Shown here: piece by piece, positions 10,248 to 20,395 of the stretch
Numbering within the stretch: position 1 is the stretch's first letter
Layout of the letters: every line of letters begins with the position of its first letter
Source of the DNA: an uncultured Pelagibacteraceae bacterium
Lineage (GTDB): Bacteria > Pseudomonadota > Alphaproteobacteria > Pelagibacterales > Pelagibacteraceae
Assembly (NCBI GenBank): GCA_902603475.1
Contig: CACKUZ010000002.1
Span: forward strand, 4,588-68,587
Reading direction: 5' to 3'
Length of the DNA: 64,000 bases
Notes under the pieces: generated by a model
What the model was told of the DNA's origin: nothing
Seen by the model: only the letters and a program-made list of their open reading frames with translations
Database searches by the model: none
Program-made: the position numbers and the translations under genes

Positions 10248-11578
10248 TGGATCCTTTATTAATAGCAGTAATAGTTGCAGTTTTTACTCTAATAGTTTTA
10301 TTTTCGGGAATACCAATCGCGTTTGGTTTAAGTTTTGTCTCTATAGCACTTTTAGTAGCATTTGAAGGGTTTCAAATGTTAGACGTCTTTGCTGAAACTT
10401 TTTATGCGGGTCTAAACTCTTTTGTTCTACTCTCAATACCAATGTTTATTTTGATGGGAATGGCAGTTGCTAATTCTCCAGCAGGAAAAGATCTATATAC
10501 TGGATTAGATAGATGGCTTTGGAGAGTTCCAGGTGGATTAGTAATATCTAATATTGGGGCTTGTTCAGTTTTCGCTGCTTTGAGTGGATCAAGCCCAGCA
10601 ACTTGTGCAGCAATCGGAACCATGGGAATACCTGAAATGAGAAAAAGAGGATATTCCGATCAAATAGCAACTGGAACAATTGCAGCTGGTGGAACCTTGG
10701 GAGTTTTAATTCCTCCTAGTATTGTTTTAATTGTTTATGGAATTGCAACAGGAACATCAATAGGAAGATTATTTTTATGTGGGTTAGTACCCGGGTTTAT
10801 GTTGGCCGGTATGTTTGCGATATGGGCCCTTATACATAGTTATTTTATTGATAAAGACTCAGCAAAGGCTTTAAAAAATAGAACACCTCCTACATTTAAA
10901 GAAAAAATTGAGGTGCTACCAAGAATTCTTCCTTTTTTAGCAATTATAGCAGGTGTCTTATATGTTTTATATGGTGGTGTTGCGACACCATCAGAAGCAT
11001 CAGGTGTTGGAGCATTTTTAGTTTTCGTATTGATAGCTGTTGTTTACAAAATTTATCAACCAAAAAAAATATGGAATATTGTTAAAGTTTCAATGAAAGA
11101 AAGTGTGATGATAATGTTTATTATCGCTGCATCTTATCTTTTTGCTTTTACATTATCTCAACTTTACGTAACCCAATCTTTAGCGCAGAGTATGGTAGAA
11201 TTAAGTTCTAACAAATGGGTAGTATTTATTTTAATAAACATTTTCTTATTAATAGCTGGTTTCTTTTTACCCCCAGTAGCTGTCATTGTGATGACTTCAG
11301 CAATATTGTTACCAGTTATAACCACATTAGGTTTTGATCCATACTGGTTTGCAATTGTATTTACGATAAATATGGAAATTGGTCTAATAACCCCACCCGT
11401 TGGATTAAATCTTTACATAATTAAAGGTATCACACCGGATGTAAGTTTGTCTGAAATATTAAAAGGATCTATACCTTTTATGATAATTATGGCTTTAGCT
11501 ATATTAATACTATGTATTTTTCCTGAAATTGTTACTTGGCTTCCTGATAAAATAATGGGCAAAAGTTTAGGTTTTTAA
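10247..11578 (+). CDS. dctM: TRAP transporter large permease
   Basis: SGSSPAT, GGTLGVLIPPS, TPSEA, GLITPPVG. Confidence 0.95.
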   Translation: MDPLLIAVIVAVFTLIVLFSGIPIAFGLSFVSIALLVAFEGFQMLDVFAETFYAGLNSFVLLSIPMFILMGMAVANSPAGKDLYTGLDRWLWRVPGGLVISNIGACSVFAALSGSSPATCAAIGTMGIPEMRKRGYSDQIATGTIAAGGTLGVLIPPSIVLIVYGIATGTSIGRLFLCGLVPGFMLAGMFAIWALIHSYFIDKDSAKALKNRTPPTFKEKIEVLPRILPFLAIIAGVLYVLYGGVATPSEASGVGAFLVFVLIAVVYKIYQPKKIWNIVKVSMKESVMIMFIIAASYLFAFTLSQLYVTQSLAQSMVELSSNKWVVFILINIFLLIAGFFLPPVAVIVMTSAILLPVITTLGFDPYWFAIVFTINMEIGLITPPVGLNLYIIKGITPDVSLSEILKGSIPFMIIMALAILILCIFPEIVTWLPDKIMGKSLGF

Positions 11579-11593
11579 TATATAAAAAACACC

Positions 11594-12901
11594 ATGTTAA
11601 ATATAAAAAGAATTTTTGAGACTATTGCTGATGCTGGACAAAAGATTTTAGAAAAAAAATCATTCAAAAGCATTTCAAAAAAAAGAGATCTTCTAGATCT
11701 TTGTGATGATTTATTGTCAACTAAAGGTGCAGCTTTTGGAATAACATTAGCAAGAGATATCTTGTTTAGATATCAAAATTTATCTTTAGACGATAAAAAC
11801 AAATTTTTAATTGAAGTAAATGATAAGTACAAACCTGACCCAACAAAAATAGATGAAGCCATTAAAAGTTACAATAAATCAAAAGATACCTCATCTATAT
11901 TAAATTTATCCCGGGTTGCATCAGGAATAAGAAAAGAGCTATTTGTAAGACTAAATATGGCTCCAAACGGCACCTCTGAGATAGTCTCCTTAAGAGAGGA
12001 TTTATTAAACTTAATAAAAGACCAACCTGAACTTAAAAGTTTAGATTATGACTTAATAGATATATTTAAAAATTGGTTTAACCCAGGCTTTTTAAAATTA
12101 AGAAAGATTACATGGGATACAAAAGCAAATATTTTAGAAAAATTATTAAAGTATGAAAAAGTTCATTCTATGAAGGATATGAATGAACTTAAAAGAAGAC
12201 TAGGAAAAGATAGAAGATTTTTTGCCTATTTCCATCCAGCATTAGATGACGAACCAATAATATTTGTTGAAATTGCTTTAACAAAAGGTCTTAGTCAGTC
12301 AATACAAGAATTAACAAGACCGTCAGAAGAAAAAACAAAAAATTATGATACAGCAACTTTTTATTCAATAAGTAATTGTCAGGAAGGTTTATCAAGAGTA
12401 ACGTTAGGAAATTTTTTGATAAAAAGAGTTGTGTATGAGCTTCAAGAAGAACTTCCAGATGTAAAATATTTTGGAACTTTATCGCCAATGGTTGGATTTG
12501 CTGATTGGTTTAAAAAAATGGAAAGTAGTCAGGCTGCCGAAATACTAGGAGAGGCAAACAAACATAGTTTAGATTTTTTAAAGTCTTCCGATTTAAAAAT
12601 AGGAGACAAAAGAATTGCCGATAATAAGGCCTTGATTAGTAAGTTAGCGGTAAATTATTTAGCAAAACAGAAAAATGATTTTGGTTTTCCAATAAATGAT
12701 GTTTGCAGATTTCATTTGAAAAATGGAGCTGATATTGATGATATTGCAGTAAACGCAAATGTTTCTGAAGTTGGCTTCAAAAGATCTTTTGGTGTCATGG
12801 TTAACTATAGATACGAATTAGCTAAAATTGAGAAAAATCACCAAGAATATGTAAACGAAAAAAAAGTTAACATTTCGAATAAAGTTAAAAAACATGTCTA
12901 A
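11594..12901 (+). CDS. matA: Malonyl-CoA decarboxylase
   Basis: WFNPGFL, YEKVH, FYSISNCQ.GL, LGNFLIKRVV, TLSP, RFHLKNGA, GVMVNY. Confidence 0.93.
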   Translation: MLNIKRIFETIADAGQKILEKKSFKSISKKRDLLDLCDDLLSTKGAAFGITLARDILFRYQNLSLDDKNKFLIEVNDKYKPDPTKIDEAIKSYNKSKDTSSILNLSRVASGIRKELFVRLNMAPNGTSEIVSLREDLLNLIKDQPELKSLDYDLIDIFKNWFNPGFLKLRKITWDTKANILEKLLKYEKVHSMKDMNELKRRLGKDRRFFAYFHPALDDEPIIFVEIALTKGLSQSIQELTRPSEEKTKNYDTATFYSISNCQEGLSRVTLGNFLIKRVVYELQEELPDVKYFGTLSPMVGFADWFKKMESSQAAEILGEANKHSLDFLKSSDLKIGDKRIADNKALISKLAVNYLAKQKNDFGFPINDVCRFHLKNGADIDDIAVNANVSEVGFKRSFGVMVNYRYELAKIEKNHQEYVNEKKVNISNKVKKHV

Positions 12902-13895
12902 GATTAACAGATTGGTATCAGTTGCACCTATGATGGATTGTACTGATAGGCATGAAAGATACTTTTTAAGATTGATAAGCAAAAACGTCCTTCTTTACAC
13001 TGAAATGGTTGTGTCGGAGGCTATTGATAGGGGAGATAAAGAAAAATTATTATCTTTTGATCTCAGAGAAAAACCAGTTGCACTCCAATTAGGTGGCTCT
13101 ACACCAAAATTATTAGCTAATTCAGCAAAAATTGGTGAAGAATTTGGTTATGACGAAATTAATTTAAACCTAGGATGTCCAAGTAAAAAAGTTCAAAAAA
13201 ATAGATTTGGCGCATGTTTAATCAAAGAGCCAAACTTAGTTGCTGATTGTTTGTCAGAAATGATTAATTCAACATCTTTACCAGTTACAGTTAAGACTAG
13301 AATTGGTTATGATGATGTAGAAGATTACGAACATTTTTATAATTTCATAAAAACTTTAAAGGAAACTGGAGTTAAAACATTTATAATACATGCAAGAAAA
13401 GCTATGTTGGGTAAATTTACACCTAAGCAAAACCTTAATATACCTCCTTTAAGATATGATTATGTATATAAACTAAAACAAGACTTCAAAGACCTTGAAA
13501 TAATTATTAATGGTGGTGTAACTTCAGTGGAGGAAGTGAAAGATCATTTAGATAAAGTGGATGGCACAATGATTGGAAGATCAGTTTATCATTCTCCTTA
13601 TCTTTTAGCTGATATTGAAAAAGAGATATTCAACAATCATGAAATCAAAGAACGGGAAGAAATTGTTGAGGAGTTAATTGATTATGTTAAGGCTCAAGTA
13701 CAAATGGGTACAAGAGTAAATCAAGTTATGAGACATACACTAGGTTTATTTCATGGACAAACAGGTTCAAGCCATTGGAAAAGATATTTGAGTGAAAATA
13801 TGTGTGTAAGAGATGCGGATGTAAAAAAAATTGATCATATTATGGATAAAGTTAGACTTTCTCCTAAATTACATTCGGCAGGTCGAATTGATTAA
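12894..13895 (+). CDS. dusA: tRNA-dihydrouridine synthase A
   Basis: VAPMMDCTDRH, NLNLGCPS, HARKA.L...PKQN..IPPL. Confidence 0.93.
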   Translation: MSKINRLVSVAPMMDCTDRHERYFLRLISKNVLLYTEMVVSEAIDRGDKEKLLSFDLREKPVALQLGGSTPKLLANSAKIGEEFGYDEINLNLGCPSKKVQKNRFGACLIKEPNLVADCLSEMINSTSLPVTVKTRIGYDDVEDYEHFYNFIKTLKETGVKTFIIHARKAMLGKFTPKQNLNIPPLRYDYVYKLKQDFKDLEIIINGGVTSVEEVKDHLDKVDGTMIGRSVYHSPYLLADIEKEIFNNHEIKEREEIVEELIDYVKAQVQMGTRVNQVMRHTLGLFHGQTGSSHWKRYLSENMCVRDADVKKIDHIMDKVRLSPKLHSAGRID

Positions 13896-14718
13896 TACTA
13901 TTCTTTCTAATCAGTATTATCTTTTAATTTTATTAATGGTAATAACTGCTTTTCCAGTAGGATTTTTTGCAGGTTATTTTGGAATAGGTGGAGGCCTAAT
14001 TTCTGTACCAGTGCTTTTTTTTATTTTTGAAACTGCAGATGTCGATAAATCCTATTTGATGCATCTTTCAGTTGGAACAGCATTTTCTATTACAATTTTT
14101 ACTGCTTTTGTTTCAGTTATGACTCATAGAAAACATAAAGCTGTAGATACAAATATTTTAAAAACTTATGGTCTGTTTGTTATATTTGGAGTTTTGCTTG
14201 GTACATATATGGCGGCATTGTTAAATACAAAATCTTTAGTTTTATTTTTTGCTGTGGTTGTATATTTTTTTGGTGGATATTTATTAATTGTAAAACAGGA
14301 ATTGAAAAAAAATAAAAAGTTTAAGTTTCTACCGAGGGCAACTTTTGGTTTCATTTCTGGTTTTATATCTGCTCCTATGGGTATTACTGGAGCTATGATG
14401 AATGTTCCCATCCTGAGATATTTTGGGTATCCTATAAGTAGAGCAATTGGAAGTTCAGCTGCAATAGGATTTGTAATAGCATCTATTGGTTCAATTGGTT
14501 TTTTGACATCTGGTTTTTTGCTCAATGCAAATCTTCCTTTAAGCTTAGGTTTTGTGAATATTCCTGCTTTTTTGATATTTATCCCAATTACATCTTATAT
14601 GGCTAGAGTTGGAGCCAATATGGTTCACACCACTGATAAAAACAAAACTCAAAGAATGTTTGGGGTATTTTTATATGTAATTGGAACTCTCTTTTTGGTT
14701 AGGTTTTTAGGTCTTTAA
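13888..14718 (+). CDS. TauE/SafE sulfite-exporter family membrane protein
   Basis: GFFAGYFGIGGGLISVP and the repeated GITGAMMNVP; TTG start at 13888 chosen to minimise overlap. Confidence 0.85.
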   Translation: MINTILSNQYYLLILLMVITAFPVGFFAGYFGIGGGLISVPVLFFIFETADVDKSYLMHLSVGTAFSITIFTAFVSVMTHRKHKAVDTNILKTYGLFVIFGVLLGTYMAALLNTKSLVLFFAVVVYFFGGYLLIVKQELKKNKKFKFLPRATFGFISGFISAPMGITGAMMNVPILRYFGYPISRAIGSSAAIGFVIASIGSIGFLTSGFLLNANLPLSLGFVNIPAFLIFIPITSYMARVGANMVHTTDKNKTQRMFGVFLYVIGTLFLVRFLGL

Positions 14719-16173
14719 TTAAATCTTTTGATCGTATTCACCTATTTTACCAGTTTTTTGGAGCAAATTGTCTATAAATTCGAAGATTTTTTTCTTTCTT
14801 TCGTCAGATGTTGGACTTTCAGTAACAACTACTAGAGAAGGCTTATTAGATGAGGCCCTAATTAAACCCCAAGAGGCATCTTTAAAAGAAAATCTAATAC
14901 CATTTACTGTAAGTATTTCCTCAATTTCCTGATTATCAATTTTAACATTATTTGATTTTAAATCCTCAATTTGTTTAATTATTTCTTCAACAACTTGATA
15001 TTTTTCATTATCTTTACAAAAAGGAGCCATTGTAGGTGATTGATAGGTATTAGGTAATTCACTTATGATTTCACTCATTTTTTTATGATTATTATTTAGC
15101 AAATGGCAAACTTGAATTGCTGAATTTATACCATCATCGTATCCATAACCCAAAGGTTTGTTGAAAAAGAAATGACCGCTTTTTTCAAAGCCTGCAAGTG
15201 CTTTTTCTTTATTTACCTTTCTTTTAATGTGAGAATGTCCAGTTTTCCAATACATTGTTTCACAGGAATTATTTTTCAAAACTTCATCTGTTGAATACAA
15301 TCCAGTTGATTTAACATCTACAACAAATTTAGATCCCTTATGGTTTGAAGATAAATTCCTTGCAATTAGTAGTCCTATTTTATCTGAAAAAATTTCATTA
15401 CCATCGTTATCTATCACGCCTACACGATCACCATCTCCATCAAATCCAAATCCAATATCAGCATTATTTTCTTTTACAGATTTACTTATTGCATGTAACA
15501 TTTCAAGATCTTCAGGATTTGGGTTATACTTAGGAAAGGTATAGTCTAAATTGCAATCCAGTTCTATTACTTCACATCCTATTCCTCTTAATATGTCTGG
15601 CGCGAATATTCCCGCTGTTCCATTGCCACAGGCAACTACAGCTTTAATTTTTTTCTTAATTTTATTTTTATTTATAAGATCATCTTTATAAATATTTTGA
15701 AAATTAGATATTTCTTTTTCATTTCCATTACCTTCAATAAATTTGTTATTTAATGTTATATCTTTTAATTCTTTCATTTCTTCTGGTGCATGAGTTAATC
15801 CTTTCTTGATTCCCATCTTTACACCGGTCCAACCATTTTCATTATGACTTGCTGTTATCATTGCGACAGCATCACTTTCTAAATTGAATTGCGCAAAATA
15901 AACCATTGGTGATAATGCTAATCCTACATCTTCAACGTAACAACCCGTAGAGATAAGGCCTTTTTTCAAAGCTGATTTTATTTCCTCGCTATAAGATCTG
16001 TAATCATGACCAACTATGATTCTTGGATTTTCTTTTTTTGTACGATTAACAACTTGAGTTCCTAAACCTTTTCCCAAATTTGTCACACCTTCTAAATTGA
16101 TGTTATCGGGGTACAACCATCGCGCGTCGTACTCTCTAAAGCCAAAAGGATCAATTTTTATTGAATTTTTCAT
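14719..16173 (-). CDS. Phosphomannomutase/phosphoglucomutase
   Basis: FREYDAR, ITASHN (phospho-Ser), FDGDGDR, EKSGH. Confidence 0.93.
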   Translation of the reverse strand: MKNSIKIDPFGFREYDARWLYPDNINLEGVTNLGKGLGTQVVNRTKKENPRIIVGHDYRSYSEEIKSALKKGLISTGCYVEDVGLALSPMVYFAQFNLESDAVAMITASHNENGWTGVKMGIKKGLTHAPEEMKELKDITLNNKFIEGNGNEKEISNFQNIYKDDLINKNKIKKKIKAVVACGNGTAGIFAPDILRGIGCEVIELDCNLDYTFPKYNPNPEDLEMLHAISKSVKENNADIGFGFDGDGDRVGVIDNDGNEIFSDKIGLLIARNLSSNHKGSKFVVDVKSTGLYSTDEVLKNNSCETMYWKTGHSHIKRKVNKEKALAGFEKSGHFFFNKPLGYGYDDGINSAIQVCHLLNNNHKKMSEIISELPNTYQSPTMAPFCKDNEKYQVVEEIIKQIEDLKSNNVKIDNQEIEEILTVNGIRFSFKDASWGLIRASSNKPSLVVVTESPTSDERKKKIFEFIDNLLQKTGKIGEYDQKI

Positions 16174-16279
16174 GTTAATATTTTTATATTTTGTTTATTT
16201 TTTTATTGATAATTTTTTTATCAAGTTCTATAAATGTTCTATTGATTTGTTGGTTATATAGTATATTTACCAAACCATC

Positions 16280-16295
16280 ATACAACATCTAGTTG
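16280..16295 (+). promoter_or_regulatory. NrdR box upstream of nrdAB
   Basis: ATACAACATCTAGTTG resembles the consensus acaCwAtATaTwGTgt; a weaker half-match (..ATATAGT) sits 31 bp upstream at 16249-16264. Confidence 0.65.
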
Positions 16296-16332
16296 TTTTA
16301 CTAAATTAAGTATAGTACAAAAAAGGAGCTAA

Positions 16333-18270
16333 ATGAACAAGATTTTATCACAAGCTATTAGGAAAGCTGTCTCTGATTATACACCACAACTGCATCAAGA
16401 TCCTAAAGATAAAAGATTAGATTTATTTTCTCTTAATAGTGAAACAGAATTATTTCAAAATTCAAAAGGCATAACCATTAAAATTGATAGAAGCAGAGAT
16501 GATAATTTAACAGATTTTGGAAAAGCTACTCTTAAGGATAGATATTTAGGAGCAAATGAATCTTTTCAGGATTTATTTGCGAGAGTTGCAAGTCATTATG
16601 CTGACGATAATTTACATGCTCAAAGATTATATAACTACATTAGTAATCTTTGGTTTATGCCAGCAACACCAGTTTTATCAAATGGAGGAACTACAAGAGG
16701 ATTACCGATATCTTGTTTTTTAAATGAAGCTAGCGATAGTCTTAATGGTATTCTCGATCTATGGAGTGAAAATGTTTGGCTTGCAGCACGAGGAGGAGGT
16801 ATTGGAAGCTATTGGGGAAACCTTAGATCAATAGGTGAGAAAATTGGAAGAGTTGGTAAAACTTCAGGAATAATTCCGTTCATAAAGGTAATGGACTCTT
16901 TAACAATGGCAATTAGCCAAGGTTCATTGAGAAGAGGTTCTGCGGCCTGTTATATACCAATAGATCATCCAGAGATTGAAGAGTTTATTGAGATGAGAAG
17001 ACCAACTGGGGGAGATCCTAATAGAAAATCATTAAATTTACACCACGGTGTTTTAGTTTCAGATGCTTTCATGAGAGCCGTTGAGCTAGATGAACAATGG
17101 GGACTTAAAAGTCCAAAAGATGGAGCAGTTCAAGCAACTGTTTCTGCTAGAAATTTATGGATAAGATTGTTAACAGCAAGAATTGAGACAGGCGAACCAT
17201 ACATTGTTTTCATAGATACTGTTAATAGACAAATCCCTCAACATCATAAACTTGCTGGTCTTACTGTTAAAACTTCAAATCTTTGTAGCGAGATTACACT
17301 CCCAACAGGAATTGATAAAGATGGAAGAGATAGAACTGCCGTATGTTGTTTGTCATCATTAAACGTAGAAAAGTATGATGAGTGGAAAGAGGATGAAAAC
17401 TTTATACAAGATGTTATGAGATTTCTAGATAATGTAATGACTGACTTCATAGAAAATGCACCTGAACAATTTAGCGATGCTACATATTCAGCAATGAGAG
17501 AACGAAGTGTAGGATTGGGTGTAATGGGATTACATTCTTATTACCAAAAAAAGATGATTCCAATAGAATCTGTAATGAGCAAAGCTTGGAATAAAAAGAT
17601 TTTTGAGCATATTCATAAAAATGTGGATAAGGCATCAAAAGATTTGGCTGAGGAGAGAGGTTCATGCCCTGACGCTGCAGATTATGATATAATGGAAAGA
17701 TTTTCTAATAAAACTGCGATAGCACCTACAGCTTCTATCTCAATAATATGTGGTGGGACATCTCCAGGTGTTGAACCAATTGCAGCTAATAGTTTTACAC
17801 ACAAAACGTTGTCTGGTTCATTTAATGTTCGAAATAAATATTTAAGACAGCTATTAGAAAAACATGGAAAAGATACAGATGAAGTTTGGTCAAGTATTAC
17901 AACTAATCAGGGCTCTGTTTCACATTTAGATTTTTTAACTCAAGATGAAAAAGACGTTTTTAAAACAGCTTTTGAGTTAGATCAAAGATGGCTTGTTGAT
18001 TTGAGTGCAGATAGAACACCTCATATTTCTCAAGCTCAATCTATTAACTTATTTTTACCTGCAGATGTGCACAAAAGAGATTTACATCAAATTCACTTCC
18101 AAGCATGGAAGAAAGGATTGAAGAGCCTTTACTACTGCAGGTCTAAATCAATACAACGTGCTGAAAATGTTAATGATGCAAATTCAACTGACATTGCAGC
18201 AAACGTTTATAAATCAAAAGACGAAAGTAACAACCAACAAGATTATGAGGAGTGTTTATCATGTCAGTAG
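16333..18270 (+). CDS. nrdA: Class I ribonucleotide reductase alpha subunit
   Basis: PISCF, SNLCSE, APTAS, SLYY, C-terminal ECLSCQ. Confidence 0.96.
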   Translation: MNKILSQAIRKAVSDYTPQLHQDPKDKRLDLFSLNSETELFQNSKGITIKIDRSRDDNLTDFGKATLKDRYLGANESFQDLFARVASHYADDNLHAQRLYNYISNLWFMPATPVLSNGGTTRGLPISCFLNEASDSLNGILDLWSENVWLAARGGGIGSYWGNLRSIGEKIGRVGKTSGIIPFIKVMDSLTMAISQGSLRRGSAACYIPIDHPEIEEFIEMRRPTGGDPNRKSLNLHHGVLVSDAFMRAVELDEQWGLKSPKDGAVQATVSARNLWIRLLTARIETGEPYIVFIDTVNRQIPQHHKLAGLTVKTSNLCSEITLPTGIDKDGRDRTAVCCLSSLNVEKYDEWKEDENFIQDVMRFLDNVMTDFIENAPEQFSDATYSAMRERSVGLGVMGLHSYYQKKMIPIESVMSKAWNKKIFEHIHKNVDKASKDLAEERGSCPDAADYDIMERFSNKTAIAPTASISIICGGTSPGVEPIAANSFTHKTLSGSFNVRNKYLRQLLEKHGKDTDEVWSSITTNQGSVSHLDFLTQDEKDVFKTAFELDQRWLVDLSADRTPHISQAQSINLFLPADVHKRDLHQIHFQAWKKGLKSLYYCRSKSIQRAENVNDANSTDIAANVYKSKDESNNQQDYEECLSCQ

Positions 18271-19268
18271 CAGAAAAAATTAATAAAGAAATAATTCAAC
18301 CAAAAAAAATGGGTCTATTAGTTGAGAACCCAGTTTACAAACCTTTTAGATATCCATGGTGCTATGATGCATGGTTAACTCAACAAAGAATTCATTGGTT
18401 ACCCGAAGAAGTTCCATTAGGAGATGATGTTAGAGACTGGCAAAAAAACTTGTCACAACCAGAAAAAAACTTATTAACTCAAATTTTTAGATTTTTTACT
18501 CAAGCTGATGTTGAAGTTAATAATTGTTATTTAAGACACTACACAACTGTATTTAAACCAACTGAAGTATTAATGATGATGACTGCATTTGCTTCAATGG
18601 AAACAGTTCACGTAGCAGCATATTCACATCTTTTAGATACAATTGGAATGCCCGAGTCTGAATACTCGGCTTTCATGAAATATAAAGAGATGAAAGATAA
18701 ATATGATTACATGCAAAACTTCAATGTAAATTCAAAAGAAGACATTGCAAAAACTGTCGCAGTATTTAGTGCATTCACAGAAGGTCTGCAATTATTTGCA
18801 AGCTTTGCAATCTTACTTAACTTCCCAAGACATAACAAGATGAAGGGTATGGGCCAAATTGTTACTTGGTCTGTAAGAGACGAAACACTTCACTGCAATT
18901 CAATGATCAGAATCTTTAAGGAGTTTATTAAAGAGAACCCTGAAATATGGACGCCAAAACTTAAAAAAGAACTTTATGAAGCTTGCAGAACAATCGTTGA
19001 TCATGAAGATTCTTTTATTGATTTAGCTTTTGAAATGGGTCCAATGGAAGGTTTAACAGCGAAAGAAGTTAAAGAATATATAAGATTTATTGCAAACAGA
19101 AGATTGGATCAATTAGGTTTAGAGCCAATTTATGATGTTCAAAAAAATCCACTAACATGGCTTGATACCATGCTGAATGCAGTGGAACATATGAACTTCT
19201 TTGAAGGTAGAGCTACAGAATATTCTAAAGCATCTACAAGAGGATCTTGGACAGAAGCTTTTTCTTAA
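18261..19268 (+). CDS. nrdB: Class I ribonucleotide reductase beta subunit
   Basis: HWLPEEV, ETVH..AY, EGLQL, RDETLH, NFFE.R..Y; start at the ATG at 18261. Confidence 0.95.
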   Translation: MSVAEKINKEIIQPKKMGLLVENPVYKPFRYPWCYDAWLTQQRIHWLPEEVPLGDDVRDWQKNLSQPEKNLLTQIFRFFTQADVEVNNCYLRHYTTVFKPTEVLMMMTAFASMETVHVAAYSHLLDTIGMPESEYSAFMKYKEMKDKYDYMQNFNVNSKEDIAKTVAVFSAFTEGLQLFASFAILLNFPRHNKMKGMGQIVTWSVRDETLHCNSMIRIFKEFIKENPEIWTPKLKKELYEACRTIVDHEDSFIDLAFEMGPMEGLTAKEVKEYIRFIANRRLDQLGLEPIYDVQKNPLTWLDTMLNAVEHMNFFEGRATEYSKASTRGSWTEAFS

Positions 19269-19270
19269 GA

Positions 19271-20395
19271 TTATCTTTGATTTAATTGCAAAACTTTACG
19301 GTGCTTGCTACCTTTATAGCTTGCTAAAGGTCTAATAAGTTTATTAGCAGCATGCTGCTCAATAATATGAGCTGACCAGCCAGTAATTCTTGAAATTACA
19401 AAAATTGGTGTAAAGAAATCAGTATCAAATCCCATTAAATGGTAAGTAGGTCCAGTAGGGTAATCTACGTTTGGATGGATATTTTTTCGATCTATCATTA
19501 CTTTTTCTACAATGTCGTAAATTTTTTCAAACTTTCTATCTTTTTTGATTTTAGCAACTTTTCCAAAATATTCTCTCATTGTAGGAACTCTTGAATCTCC
19601 ACTTTTATAAACTCTATGGCCAAATCCCATTACAACATCTTTATTATCTAGTGCTTTATTTATCCATTTAAGTGCATTCTCTGGTTTTTTGATTTTATTC
19701 ATCATATGCATGACTTCTTCGTTAGCACCTCCATGAAGAGGTCCTTTTAAACTTGCTATTGCACCGGTGATTGCGCCATGAATATCCGATAGACTACTTG
19801 TTATTGTTCTAGCTGTAAAGGTTGAAACATTAAAACTATGTTCTGCGTATAAAATTAACGAAACATCAAAAGCTTTAACTATATCTTTGTTGGGTACTTT
19901 GCCAAAACACATATGAAAAAAGTTTTCAGAAAATGAAAGTTTGTTTTTTGGAGGTATAATTCTCTTTCCTTTTCTTGCCCTATAAAATGCTGCAAGTGCA
20001 ACAGGCATTTTAGCGAAAATTCTCATTACTTTTCTCATATTTGCTTTAGGTGAATTATCTTTTGTTTCTTTATCCTCCAGACCCATGATACTCACTGCTG
20101 TTCTTGCTACATCCATTGGATGTGCTTTCTTTGGAAATTTTTTTATATCATCTAATAATGTTTTAGATAATTTTCTTTCTTTTCTCTCTTCTTTTTCAAA
20201 TTTTTTTAATTGTTTTTTACTTGGAAGATCACCATTTAAAATAAGATAAGCTACTTCCTCAAATTTACACTTTGCGCACAAATCTTGAGCAGCATATCCT
20301 CTATAAGTCAAAGAATTAATCTCTGGCATCACTTTAGAAACTTCTGTTTCGTCAACAACTATACCCAATAAACCTTTCTTGATTTCGTCACTCAT
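19271..20395 (-). CDS. prpC: 2-methylcitrate synthase
   Basis: YAEHSFN, GPLHGGANE, GFGHRVY, PNVD; operonic with prpB and prpD. Confidence 0.9.
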   Translation of the reverse strand: MSDEIKKGLLGIVVDETEVSKVMPEINSLTYRGYAAQDLCAKCKFEEVAYLILNGDLPSKKQLKKFEKEERKERKLSKTLLDDIKKFPKKAHPMDVARTAVSIMGLEDKETKDNSPKANMRKVMRIFAKMPVALAAFYRARKGKRIIPPKNKLSFSENFFHMCFGKVPNKDIVKAFDVSLILYAEHSFNVSTFTARTITSSLSDIHGAITGAIASLKGPLHGGANEEVMHMMNKIKKPENALKWINKALDNKDVVMGFGHRVYKSGDSRVPTMREYFGKVAKIKKDRKFEKIYDIVEKVMIDRKNIHPNVDYPTGPTYHLMGFDTDFFTPIFVISRITGWSAHIIEQHAANKLIRPLASYKGSKHRKVLQLNQR

